The notes: generated by a model from the letters alone, not told the origin. Shown: positions 7,737-15,673, counted from the first letter of the stretch. The stretch: 54,458 nt of DNA from an uncultured Gammaproteobacteria bacterium (GCA_964518995.1 CAZFJU010000001.1:1-54458), one strand, 5' to 3'. Program-made: numbers and translations.

Positions 7737-9183
7737 CGACTCGTGCTCTGAAGACCTTCATGACCCGATCGTACAGCTCGTCGCCGAGCACCTCGTCCTC
7801 GACGCCATGGTCGAGATTCGGGTTGTCGTTGATTTCGATCAGCACCGGCCTCCCGTCGACGATCTTGATGTCGACGCCGTAAAGGCCGTCGCCAATCGCG
7901 TTCGCCGTCGCGAGCGCAAGCTCGACGACTTCGGCAGGCGCCTGCTCGACGGCGAGCGTCTCGGCATCGCCCTGCTTGCCGCCCGATTGCTTCGCCGCAT
8001 GGTGATAGATCTGCCAGTGTCCGCGCGCCATGAAATAACGGCATGCAAACAGCGGCGCGCGGTCGAGTATGCCGATGCGCCAGTCGAAATCCGTCGGCAG
8101 AAAGGACTGCGCGATCACGAGATCGCTGCGCGACAGAATTTTCTGCAAGCCGGCCGCGAGCTCGTCGCGCGTCTGCGCCCTGTGCACCCCTTCCGAGAAA
8201 GCGCTGTCCGGCTGCTTCAGCACACACGGCAGGCCGAGCGACGCGATGATCTCATCGGGCTTGGCGCTGTCGACGACCAGCGTCGGCGGAATCGGCAGGT
8301 TGAGCCGCTTAGCCAGCTCGAACAAGTAGACTTTGTTGCCGCAGCGGATGATCGACTCCGGGTCGTCGATCACCACGAGCCCTTCCGCGCGTGCTCGGCT
8401 CGCGAAGCGATACGTATGGTGATTGACGTTCGTTGTCTCGCGAATGAACAGCGCATCGAACTCGGCCAGCCGGCCGTAGTCGTCGCGGGTCAGGAACTGG
8501 ACGCCGAAGCCGTTCGCGCGGGCCGCGCGCTCGAGCCGCTTGAGCGCCTCGCGATTCGACGGCGGAGAACGCTCGGTATCGTTGACGAGGATCGCCAGAT
8601 CGCGCTCGTACTGCGCGCTGCGCCCGGCGCGGCCGGCCGGCCCCCGCCCCTTGAAATGCTCCTCGATCACCTCGTTCAAGAACGAGCGATGCGAGTCGGG
8701 TAGCGCGCCGACCGGAATCGGGCCGAGGCTTGCGAGCCGCCAGCGCGTGCCCTTCGCGAAGGTCGCGCGCATCAGCGGCACAGGGAACAGATTGAAAAGC
8801 GCCCGGCTCAGCTTCGCATGACGCTCGGCCAGGTTGCGCCCGAAATAGATGCTGAGCTCGAACCGTGACGAAGAGATATCGTGCAGCGAACGCTGAGTGA
8901 GCTCGTCGATGTCATCGGCGGGCCGAAACAGGGAACGCGATTTCATGTCCTGGATCGTCGTCACGCTCGGCATCGCACGATGCCCGCGCGCCGTCGCGAG
9001 CAAGGACACGTAGTAGCCGACGCTCTGGTATCGATACGAATCGCAAAGATTAAACACCCGCAGCCGCCGGCGCTCGCTGTAGCGCGGATCGCGCACATAG
9101 GCGTCCGCGCTGACGACGGCCGCCGTGCCGATGTCGAGCGGCCACTCCGCTGGGTCGTCTACGACGATGAGCGCGGACTTCAT
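7708..9183 (-). CDS. RimK-like ATP-grasp ligase with RLAN-type (RimK-like ATP-grasp N-terminal) domain
   Basis: N-terminal part: VFNLCDSYRYQSVGYYVSLLATARGHRAMPSVTTIQDM, which I recognise as the RLAN domain. C-terminal part: GNKVYLFELAKRLNLPIPPT...LPCVLKQPDSAFSEGV...VIAQSFLPTDFDWRIGIL...GVDIKIVDGRPVLIEINDNPNL, a RimK-type ATP-grasp. Its ATG and the upstream gene's TGA share 4 nt (ATGA). Confidence 0.85.
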   Translation of the reverse strand: MKSALIVVDDPAEWPLDIGTAAVVSADAYVRDPRYSERRRLRVFNLCDSYRYQSVGYYVSLLATARGHRAMPSVTTIQDMKSRSLFRPADDIDELTQRSLHDISSSRFELSIYFGRNLAERHAKLSRALFNLFPVPLMRATFAKGTRWRLASLGPIPVGALPDSHRSFLNEVIEEHFKGRGPAGRAGRSAQYERDLAILVNDTERSPPSNREALKRLERAARANGFGVQFLTRDDYGRLAEFDALFIRETTNVNHHTYRFASRARAEGLVVIDDPESIIRCGNKVYLFELAKRLNLPIPPTLVVDSAKPDEIIASLGLPCVLKQPDSAFSEGVHRAQTRDELAAGLQKILSRSDLVIAQSFLPTDFDWRIGILDRAPLFACRYFMARGHWQIYHHAAKQSGGKQGDAETLAVEQAPAEVVELALATANAIGDGLYGVDIKIVDGRPVLIEINDNPNLDHGVEDEVLGDELYDRVMKVFRARVDAPKQLRTA

Positions 9184-9962
9184 GGAGGGTCGGCAAGGTC
9201 TGCCGGGGCGGACCCGGCCGGCTCAATGAGGAGCAGGTTGGCGTCGTAGGTGACGATGCCGAGCAGCACGGCGTTGATCAGCCGCTGCAGGCGCACGGCG
9301 TAGAGCCCGCTCTGCGCGAACGGGTTCCGGGCGTAGGGATCGGCCACCAGAACTTCCCGCTGCTCGGGCAGATACCCCGTCAGCACGACGAAGTGGCCGG
9401 TCGGCTCGCCGGCAATGTCGTCGTCCAGGTTCGAGTGCGGCAATTCCCGCATGGATCGATACAAATACGTGGCCGAAAGCCCGGTGATCAGAGGGCCGCG
9501 GCGCAACAGCCGCCGCAGGAGCCTGGACTCGAGATCGCGCAGCCGCAGGCGCCCCCCGCGGTCAAGAAACTCGACATACCCGCGAGTCGCGAGACGCAAC
9601 TTGGCCGTAGGCTTGGCGCGAGCCTGCGCGATGAGCTTCGCCCGCATCGCCGCGGCTTGCAAGCCGAACCAAGTCGGATCGAACAAGGCCAGATTATACG
9701 TGTAGATAGTCACTCGATATCCGCGTTCGAGCGCATGATTAGCGAGAAATACGTCGAGCGTGCCGCCATCATCGAGCATGCGGATATCCGCGATGACCTG
9801 GTCGAGCGCGATTCGGTCCGCGTAGTGACGATAAACGCCGTGCAGGCACGCCGGGCCGCATGAAACGTCGTCAGGCTGCGGCTCGACCCGCAAGCCGAAG
9901 CTCGCTTCATCGAGCGGGCGTCCAGCAAGGCGCCGGGTATAGGGTGGTTCCCGGCCGCTCAT
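9180..9962 (-). CDS. Papain-fold cysteine peptidase, C39-like (stand-alone, cytoplasmic)
   Basis: Contains Q-x4-SCGPACL (QPDDVSCGPACLHGVY), GHFVVLTGY and VLVADPYA. These correspond to the Gln/Cys, His and Asp motifs of C39-type peptidases. No signal peptide and no fused ABC-transporter domains. Confidence 0.75.
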   Translation of the reverse strand: MSGREPPYTRRLAGRPLDEASFGLRVEPQPDDVSCGPACLHGVYRHYADRIALDQVIADIRMLDDGGTLDVFLANHALERGYRVTIYTYNLALFDPTWFGLQAAAMRAKLIAQARAKPTAKLRLATRGYVEFLDRGGRLRLRDLESRLLRRLLRRGPLITGLSATYLYRSMRELPHSNLDDDIAGEPTGHFVVLTGYLPEQREVLVADPYARNPFAQSGLYAVRLQRLINAVLLGIVTYDANLLLIEPAGSAPADLADPP

Positions 9963-9980
9963 GAAGGCCCGCGATGCCGG

Positions 9981-10217
9981 TCAAAGCGCGCTGTCGAGAT
10001 CGTCTTCGTCGTAATCGTCCCAGTCCGAAAGCAATTCACGCAGATTGCGCTGCTCGTTGCGCAGCTCGACGCGCTGACGCGCGGGCAAATGCCGTGATCC
10101 GCTCTCCGTGTCGAGACCGGCGCCGTGCAGCATCGCATCGTCGAGCTCATCTTCGTCGCCATTGAAAATCGGGAAATCACTGAAGTCGTCTTCGACTTCC
10201 GGTTTGGACTTACGCAT
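9981..10217 (-). CDS. Small hyper-acidic protein, 78 aa (function unknown; first gene of the ligase/peptidase operon)
   Basis: ORF 9981..10358 trimmed to ATG 10217, with GAGGAG about 8 nt upstream. Sequence: MRKSKPEVEDDFSDFPIFNGDEDELDDAMLHGAGLDTESGSRHLPARQRVELRNEQRNLRELLSDWDDYDEDDLDSAL. It has 24 Asp/Glu in 78 residues by my count. Its stop lies 18 nt before the peptidase start. It resembles small acidic proteins with an RR..E.L.E.R.LRE motif seen in gammaproteobacteria (from memory only). Confidence 0.6.
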   Translation of the reverse strand: MRKSKPEVEDDFSDFPIFNGDEDELDDAMLHGAGLDTESGSRHLPARQRVELRNEQRNLRELLSDWDDYDEDDLDSAL

Positions 10218-10356
10218 CCTAACGCTCCTCGTCGCCGCCACTGCCAAACGTCGATGCCGGTGTGAGACAGACTGAACCGGACTCGTTTTGTATCGAACAC
10301 ATTCGTTTCGGCCCGGTGCGCAAGCTGCGCCTCGCAGGGCGCCTGCAAGCTGCGCC

Positions 10357-10384
10357 ACTATAGGCCGACCGTAGCGGGTGTCAA
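10357..10384 (-). promoter_or_regulatory. Near-consensus sigma70 promoter for the acidic-protein/peptidase/ligase operon
   Basis: The minus strand reads TTGACA (10384-10379), a 16-nt spacer, then TATAGT (10362-10357). The predicted transcription start is near 10350, giving a leader of about 130 nt before ATG 10217. Confidence 0.6.
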
Positions 10385-10592
10385 GATCAATAACTACCTA
10401 TAATTCAACCGGTTAACCAGACTCATCCCGCGCGAGCTCGATCGGCCGACGGCCTGCGGCACCGGACGCCGGCAGGCGCCGGGAGGCAGCGGCCGCCAGC
10501 GGACGCTCGGCGCGCGACTGCCGGCGTGCCGTGCTTATCCGCATCCGCGGTAGAGCATTCGAGCGTAGAATGCGGTGGGTATTTGGAGGTTC

Positions 10593-11882
10593 ATGATGAC
10601 CAAGACCGCGACTTTGAGCTGCGACGGCAAGAGTATCGAGCTGCCCGTCGTCGTCGGCACGGAGCAGGAGACCGCCGTCGACATCACCGCGCTTCGCGCC
10701 AGCACGGGGCTGATCACGCTCGACAATGGCTACGCCAACACCGGCGCGTGCCGCAGCTCGATCACCTTCATAGACGGCGACCGCGGCATTTTGCGCTATC
10801 GCGGCTACCCGCTCGAGGAGCTCGCGGTGAAATCGACGTTCGTCGAGACGGCCTATCTGCTGATCTTCGGCGAGCTGCCGACGGCCACGCAGCTCAACGA
10901 CTTCCGCGCGCTGCTCGTCGAGCACGAGCTGATCCACGAAGACATGCGCCATCACTTCGACGGCTTCCCGCCGAACTCGCCGCCGATGGCGATCCTCTCG
11001 GCGATGATCAATGCGGTCGGCTGCTTCGAGCCGGACTTCATGCAGCCCGAAGACAACGACCACTTCATGAAGCCCTCTGCCCGGCTCATGAGCAAGGTGC
11101 GGACCATCGCCGCCGCGAGTTACCGCAAATCCATCGGCAAGCCGGTGAACTATCCGCGGCCGGACCTGCGCTACACGGCAAATTTCCTGCATATGCTGTT
11201 CTCGAAGCCGCACAAGCCCTACGAGCCCGACGATGTGGTCGTCGACGCTCTGGATCGGCTCCTGTTGCTGCACGCGGATCATGAGCAGAATTGCTCCACG
11301 TCGACGGTCCGCATGGTCGGATCGTCGCAGGCGAATCTGTATGCATCGGTGGCGGCTGGCGTATGCGCGTTGTGGGGACCGCTCCATGGGGGCGCCAACG
11401 TTGCGGTGATCGATATGCTGGAGAAGCTGCTCGAGAGTGGCGAGCCGCTCGATAAGTTTGTCGAGCGCGTCAAGAAACGGGACTCGGGCGTCCGGCTGAT
11501 GGGCTTTGGCCACCGCGTGTACAAGAACTTCGACCCGCGCGCGAAGATCATCAAGGCGGCCTCCGACGCCCTGCTCGACAAGCTTGGCATTCATGATCCC
11601 CTGCTCGATCTCGCACAGCGTCTCGAAGAGGTCGCACTCTCCGACCCGTACTTCATCGAACGTAAACTCTATCCTAACGTGGACTACTACAGCGGGATCA
11701 TCATGCGGGCGATCGGCATCCCCACCAACATGTTCACGGTGATCTTTGCGATCGGCCGTCTGCCCGGGTGGATGGCGCACTGGCGCGAGGTCCGCATCGG
11801 CGAGTCCCGCATCGATCGGCCGCGGCAGGTGTACGTCGGCCCCACCCAGCGCGGCTACGTGCCGATCGGCCAGCGCGCCTGA
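10593..11882 (+). CDS. gltA: Citrate synthase (type II)
   Basis: ORF 10575..11882 with start taken at ATG 10593; GGAGG lies at 10585-10589. Motifs seen: ILRYRGYP, LLLHADHEQNCSTSTVR, GPLHGGAN, GFGHRVYKNFDPRA, NVDYYSG. Confidence 0.95.
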   Translation: MMTKTATLSCDGKSIELPVVVGTEQETAVDITALRASTGLITLDNGYANTGACRSSITFIDGDRGILRYRGYPLEELAVKSTFVETAYLLIFGELPTATQLNDFRALLVEHELIHEDMRHHFDGFPPNSPPMAILSAMINAVGCFEPDFMQPEDNDHFMKPSARLMSKVRTIAAASYRKSIGKPVNYPRPDLRYTANFLHMLFSKPHKPYEPDDVVVDALDRLLLLHADHEQNCSTSTVRMVGSSQANLYASVAAGVCALWGPLHGGANVAVIDMLEKLLESGEPLDKFVERVKKRDSGVRLMGFGHRVYKNFDPRAKIIKAASDALLDKLGIHDPLLDLAQRLEEVALSDPYFIERKLYPNVDYYSGIIMRAIGIPTNMFTVIFAIGRLPGWMAHWREVRIGESRIDRPRQVYVGPTQRGYVPIGQRA

Positions 11883-11902
11883 CGTCCGCGTCTTCGCCTT
11901 CA

Positions 11903-13303
11903 ATGAAGCTCCTCATGGTCTGTGCGGAGTACGCTCCGCTCGCGAAGACCGGCGGCCTCGCGGACGCCGTCGCCGGATTGGCGGCCGCGCTCGCGCGCCG
12001 CGGCCACGACGTGCGGACCGTGATGCCGGCATACGGCGGGCCGCTTCCGGCGGGCTTCGTGCTCGAGCCGCAAGCGCCCGCGGACGGCATCGCGTATGCC
12101 GTGGCTCGGCCGCCGGACGACGGCCCGCCGATTTATCTCGTCGAGTCCGATGCGATCGGGCACGACGGCCGCATCTACACGCTGGACGATCGGGATGCGG
12201 CCCGCTTCTGGGCTTTCAACCGCGCGGCGCTCGCGCTCGCCGGCGTCTCCGAATGGCGCGCCGATGTCTTGCACTGCCACGACTGGCATGCGGCGCTCGT
12301 GCCTCCGCTCGCCCGCCGCGGCGCGCTCGCCGCGACACCCTCGGTCCTGACGCTGCACAACGCCGGCTATCAGGGGCGCTTCCCGCGCCATGCCTTGCCG
12401 GAGGACGCCCAGACCGTGCTCGATGTGCTCGACGATCCTGCGCGTGGCGACGCCGATCACGTGAATTTCCTCGCGCTCGGCATTCGTCACGCGGATCGGG
12501 TCACCACGGTCAGCCCGAGCTACGCGCGCGAGCTGCGCAGCCCGGAGCTCGGCATGGGGCTCGATGCGCTCCTCGATGTCCGCGGCGACGACTTCGTCGG
12601 CATCCTCAACGGCGTGGACTACGCCTTGTGGAGCCCGGAATCCGATCCTTTCATCGGCCGCCGCTATCCGCGCAGCGACCGGTCCGGGAAGCGGCAGCTG
12701 AAAGCCGACTTGAGCGCCGAGCTCGGGCTCGCGAGCGATGCGCCGCTGGTCGGCGCCGTCACGCGTCTCGTCGAGCAAAAGGGCATCGACCTCCTGGTCG
12801 ACGCGCTGCCCACGTTGCTCGAGCGGACACGGGCCTCCTTCGTGATTCTCGGCAGCGGCGAGCCGCAGCTCGAGACGGCGTTGGCGACGCTCGCCGACAT
12901 GCACCGCAGCCGGGTCGTATTCCGCAACGGCTACGACGAGTCGCTCGCGCATCGGATCATCGGCGGCAGCGATCTGCTCGTCGTGCCGTCGCGCTATGAA
13001 CCGTGCGGGCTCACCCAGCTTTACGCAATGCGCTACGGCACCGTGCCGGTGGTACGTAAGACCGGCGGGCTGGCCGATACCGTCACGCATTACGACCCCG
13101 CGACGGGCAAAGGTACCGGCAGCGTGTTCGAGCATGCCGACGTGACGGGCCTCGTCTGGGGTCTATCGACCGCGCTCGACTGGTTCGAGGACGAGCGCGC
13201 TTGGCAGCGACTCGTCGATAACGCGCTCGGCGCCGATTTCTCGTGGGAGCGCCAGAGCGCCGAGTACGAGGCGCTGTATCGCCGTCTAACAGCTGACCCG
13301 TAG
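11903..13303 (+). CDS. glgA: Glycogen synthase (ADP-glucose type)
   Basis: ORF 11768..13303 trimmed to ATG 11903. The sequence MKLLMVCAEYAPLAKTGGLADAV...HCHDWHA...LHNAGYQG...SRYEPCGLTQLYAMRYGT.PVVR.TGGLADTV matches GlgA. The start lies 20 nt after the gltA stop. Confidence 0.93.
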   Translation: MKLLMVCAEYAPLAKTGGLADAVAGLAAALARRGHDVRTVMPAYGGPLPAGFVLEPQAPADGIAYAVARPPDDGPPIYLVESDAIGHDGRIYTLDDRDAARFWAFNRAALALAGVSEWRADVLHCHDWHAALVPPLARRGALAATPSVLTLHNAGYQGRFPRHALPEDAQTVLDVLDDPARGDADHVNFLALGIRHADRVTTVSPSYARELRSPELGMGLDALLDVRGDDFVGILNGVDYALWSPESDPFIGRRYPRSDRSGKRQLKADLSAELGLASDAPLVGAVTRLVEQKGIDLLVDALPTLLERTRASFVILGSGEPQLETALATLADMHRSRVVFRNGYDESLAHRIIGGSDLLVVPSRYEPCGLTQLYAMRYGTVPVVRKTGGLADTVTHYDPATGKGTGSVFEHADVTGLVWGLSTALDWFEDERAWQRLVDNALGADFSWERQSAEYEALYRRLTADP

Positions 13304-13437
13304 CCCCTGACGAACCGCGCGCCGCCTGGCACCCATCTTGCTTTCGTCACGGCAGGGGCGTCTCCGTGTCAGCCGTGCTGCGGACCGGCACGGAGATGCC
13401 AATATCGCCGGAATCGGCATCTCAGGGGAAACAAGCC

Positions 13438-14199
13438 ATGGAAGGACAGCGCACGCACCACACGCACCGCGGCGGCCTGCGTCTCGGCACGCTCGCATCG
13501 TTCATCGTGCTCGGCACGGGTCTCGCCGCCTGCGATACCGGGTCCGACCTCGAAGGGCAGCCGCAGCCGTTGGGCTTTGCCGGGCAACCCGAGCCGGGTC
13601 TCGATCCGGAGCTCGCCGATATCGACATCGACGCGCTCTCGAGCGAGACGGGCACGGCGGCGCGCAACGAGGCTGCTGCACGTGAATCGAATGATGACGA
13701 TCCGGATGCAGCGTTCGGCACGCAGCTCGCGGCCGAGGATTCCGCCGATGCTTCGGCGGCGCTCGAGCCCACGCAGGGTCAGCAGGCGCGCGGCGACGCC
13801 TCGTTCATCGAGACGGAAAACGGCGTGACTGTGATGGTTTCGATGACGGGACTCACCCCCGGACCGCACGGTATCCATCTGCACGAGAACGGCGATTGCT
13901 CTGGCCCCGCCGCCGAGGCGGCCGGCGATCATTTCGACCCGAATGGCTCGCCGCATGGCGCGCCGTCCGATACCGACCAGGAGCGGCATGCCGGCGACCT
14001 CGGCAATATCGAAGCGGACTCCTCGGGAAACGCCGAGCTCGAGATCGAGATTGAAGGGCTGACCATCGGAGGCGAGCGCGGTGTCGCCAGCAAGGCGCTG
14101 ATCGTGCACGCGGACGAGGACGACCTCATGAGCCAGCCGAGCGGTGAATCCGGCGATCCGGTGGCGTGCGGTGTCGTCGAGGTCACGGCACGCGGCTGA
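13438..14199 (+). CDS. sodC: Cu/Zn superoxide dismutase, predicted lipoprotein with a long acidic linker
   Basis: ORF 13366..14199 trimmed to ATG 13438. Signal and lipobox: LASFIVLGTGLAAC. SOD core: GPHGIHLHENGDC...GDHFDP...HAGDLGN...ALIVHADEDD...GDPVACGVV. Confidence 0.85.
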   Translation: MEGQRTHHTHRGGLRLGTLASFIVLGTGLAACDTGSDLEGQPQPLGFAGQPEPGLDPELADIDIDALSSETGTAARNEAAARESNDDDPDAAFGTQLAAEDSADASAALEPTQGQQARGDASFIETENGVTVMVSMTGLTPGPHGIHLHENGDCSGPAAEAAGDHFDPNGSPHGAPSDTDQERHAGDLGNIEADSSGNAELEIEIEGLTIGGERGVASKALIVHADEDDLMSQPSGESGDPVACGVVEVTARG

Positions 14200-14211
14200 C
14201 GCCTGTGTGTG

Positions 14212-15663
14212 TCATGCGAGGCGTTCGAAGCGCCCTGCTCGACGCCTCGCATCGATCGCCAAATCGACGCCGATATCGCGCCAGGCGAAGCGCCACGCCC
14301 AATTACCCCCGGTGTGGCCCGGCCGATTCATACGCGCCTCGCTGCCGAGGCTGAGCAGGTCTTGGAGCGGCACGATCGCAAGGCGCGCTTGCGAGCCGTA
14401 CGCCGCGTCGAGAAGCGCGTCCGGCATCTGCGGCTCGCCGCCGAAATGGTGCAGCACGCGCGCTCGCGAATCGGCGTCCAGAGTCGCGTACCAACCGACC
14501 AGCGTGTCGTTATCGTGCGTCCCCGTATAGACCACCTGGTTCTCGTGATGAGCGTCCGGCCCATGGGGATTGTCCGGTAAGCCATCGAACGCAAACTGCA
14601 GCACCGCCATCCCCGGCAGCTCGAACCGATCGCGCAGCGCGCGCACCTCATCGGTGATCAAGCCGAGATCCTCGGCGACCAAAGGGACGCGGCCGAGCCG
14701 CCGACCGAGCGTCTCCAGAAGCTTCGCGCCGGGTGCCGGCCGCCACCGGCCGACGCGCGCCGTGTCGGCTGAAGCCGGCACTTCCCAATAAGCCTCCAGT
14801 GCGCGGAAGTGATCGATGCGGAGCAGATCGAAGCGTTTGAGCTCGTGCTCGAGTCGGCGCATCCACCAATCGAAGCCCGAGCGCTCGTGCGCGGGCCAAT
14901 CATAGAGCGGGTTGCCCCATAGCTGGCCGTCCTCGTTGAAGTAATCGGGCGGCACGCCCGCTACGGCGGTCGGCCGGCCATCTTGGTCCACGCGAAAGAG
15001 CTCCGGCTCCCACCACACTTCGACGCTGTCGAGATCGACATAGAACGGCAGATCACCGAACAGATGCACACCGCGCCCGTTCGCATAGCGCTTTAGCGAA
15101 GACCACGAGAGCTCGAACAGGTACTGACAAAAAACGACGGCGCGAAATCGCTCGCGCTCCGCGGCCAACAGCGCCGGCAGCGCACCGGAGCGCCGCTGCC
15201 GGTATTCATCCGGCCATATCCACCACGGGGCGCCGCCGTGCCGGGCACGCAGCACCTCGAACGACGCATACGGCAACAACCACCGGCGCTGGCGCCGGGC
15301 AAACGCCGCCAGCAAGCTGCGCTGCGCAGGGCTTGCGAGCTCGCAAAACCGACGATAGACGTCCACCGGACGTTCGTGCAGGGCGTCGAACGGCGTATCT
15401 CGCGGCAGCTCGTCCAGCTCGGCGAGGCGCTTCGCATCGAGCAGGCGCAAATCGCCGGCGAATGCCGAGCGCAACGTGTACGGCGAGCCGTGCATGTCCG
15501 GGGGGCCGAGCGGTAAGGTCTGCCAGACGGAGTAACCGCCATCGACGAGCCAATCGATGAAGCGGAGCGCCTCATTGCCGAGTGCACCGTTCGCACCGTC
15601 CCCGGGCAATGAGCTCGGATGCAGCAGGACGCCGACCCGACGGCGGTCGAGAATTGCGCTCAC
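14212..15663 (-). CDS. malQ: 4-alpha-glucanotransferase (amylomaltase, GH77)
   Basis: GTG start at 15663. Motifs seen: GVLLHPSSLPG, WQTLPLGP, SPY, LLRIDHFR, VAEDLG, YTGTHDN, PLQDLL. The start lies 10 nt downstream of the glgC stop. Confidence 0.92.
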   Translation of the reverse strand: MSAILDRRRVGVLLHPSSLPGDGANGALGNEALRFIDWLVDGGYSVWQTLPLGPPDMHGSPYTLRSAFAGDLRLLDAKRLAELDELPRDTPFDALHERPVDVYRRFCELASPAQRSLLAAFARRQRRWLLPYASFEVLRARHGGAPWWIWPDEYRQRRSGALPALLAAERERFRAVVFCQYLFELSWSSLKRYANGRGVHLFGDLPFYVDLDSVEVWWEPELFRVDQDGRPTAVAGVPPDYFNEDGQLWGNPLYDWPAHERSGFDWWMRRLEHELKRFDLLRIDHFRALEAYWEVPASADTARVGRWRPAPGAKLLETLGRRLGRVPLVAEDLGLITDEVRALRDRFELPGMAVLQFAFDGLPDNPHGPDAHHENQVVYTGTHDNDTLVGWYATLDADSRARVLHHFGGEPQMPDALLDAAYGSQARLAIVPLQDLLSLGSEARMNRPGHTGGNWAWRFAWRDIGVDLAIDARRRAGRFERLA

Positions 15664-15673
15664 GGGCCGGGGC

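Noticed and set aside
7357-8703. 448-aa plus-strand ORF
   Set aside because: It is antisense to the GCS2 and ATP-grasp genes, with no motifs and a skewed composition.
10100-10140. Possible double-glycine-type cleavage site (MLHGAG) in the mini-protein for the C39-like peptidase
   Set aside because: The preceding residues do not reproduce the hydrophobic spacing of known double-glycine leaders as I recall it, and the downstream part is not bacteriocin-like. I keep it only as a weak idea, not a claim.
9981-10358. Long (125-aa) version of the small acidic ORF, and the overlapping 129-aa ORF 9959..10348
   Set aside because: The long form would start inside the predicted -10 element and adds a basic, non-conserved-looking N-extension with no RBS. 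ATG 10217 has a GAGGAG RBS. The 129-aa ORF is in another frame, is Cys/Ser/Thr/Arg-rich, and would run into the peptidase start.
10399-10404. Perfect TATAAT on the plus strand in the gltA upstream region
   Set aside because: No acceptable -35 lies at 16-18 nt, and it would give a leader of about 190 nt. The sequence lies in the only AT-rich patch, so it may be a chance match or part of the divergent promoter region.
10413-11903. 496-aa minus-strand ORF
   Set aside because: It is antisense to the unmistakable citrate synthase gene, and its composition is low-complexity and Arg-rich.
11746-13135. 417-aa plus-strand and 411-aa minus-strand ORFs overlapping glgA
   Set aside because: They are alternative-frame or antisense shadows of glgA, which has clear family motifs in its own frame.
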